Origin: Octopus sinensis
Taxonomy: Eukaryota
Assembly: GCF_006345805.1 (NCBI RefSeq)
Contig: NC_043011.1
Span: 58,912,464-58,976,463, forward strand
Direction of reading: 5' to 3'
DNA length: 64,000 nucleotides
Part shown: positions 63,756 to 64,000 of the stretch, piece by piece
Layout of the letters: the number at the start of each line of letters is the position of its first letter
Position numbering within the stretch: the first letter of the stretch is position 1
Position numbers and translations under genes: made by a program
The notes under the pieces: model-generated
Seen by the model: the letters and a program-made list of their open reading frames with translations, nothing else
Database searches by the model: none
Told to the model about the DNA's origin: nothing

Positions 63756-63798
63756 AGATCTCAGATCAAGTCACTCGCTGTGCATGTACATCTCCGTA

Positions 63799-63857
<59 letters not shown>

Positions 63858-64000
63858 TACGGAGATGTACATATATATTATATATATATATATGTATATA
63901 TTACGGAGATGTACATGCACAGCGAGTGACTTGATCTGAGATCGTGTGCTGGAACGAGATGCAGCACGGATTTTTGTCAGTGAACAGGTCGCGGTCTTAA
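63238..64000. repeat. Fold-back element: left arm, tandem ~55-bp units separated by (TA)n, then an inverted arm running off the window
   Basis: Units ...tctcagatcaagtcac.cgctgtgca.gtacatctccgtaatatatac at ~63398, 63521, 63654 and 63752; 63899-64000 is the near-exact reverse complement of ~63339-63440. Confidence 0.9.
63317..63367 (-). ncRNA. Hammerhead candidate with swapped G3:C8 core
   Basis: Minus strand TTTGTC-A-GTGAACA-G-GTCGC(ggtcttaaa)GCGAC-GAAA-ATATTT-C-GACAAA. Confidence 0.55.

Overview
AT-rich, repeat-dense eukaryotic DNA. The SINE families and microsatellite make-up look like an octopus/cephalopod genome; this is recognition, not a database result. No host protein-coding gene can be assembled with confidence, and most ORFs in the supplied track are translated microsatellites or SINEs. 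The window holds many copies of three tRNA-type SINE families and a ~2 kb composite non-autonomous Helitron carrying an intact PIF1-helicase fragment and a ~165-bp tandem array. It also has a near full-length dead hAT (ZMYM1-like) transposase, a CMC/Chapaev3-like transposase remnant, an older Helitron helicase remnant, RTE-LINE remnants and two mariner-like MITEs. The most notable signal is four unrelated repeat families that each fold into a minimal type-I hammerhead ribozyme with a very short or palindromic stem III, as described for Penelope-like elements. They are at 18695-18813, 53552-53629, 58558-58593 (A6U variant) and 63317-63367 (G3:C8 covariant core). Most sit in one arm of long inverted-repeat (fold-back) structures next to (TA)n tracts, and at least six such fold-backs occur in the window. 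Two promoter-like motif clusters (~33.9-34.3 kb and ~48.1 kb) and a few isolated exon-like segments are weaker candidates.
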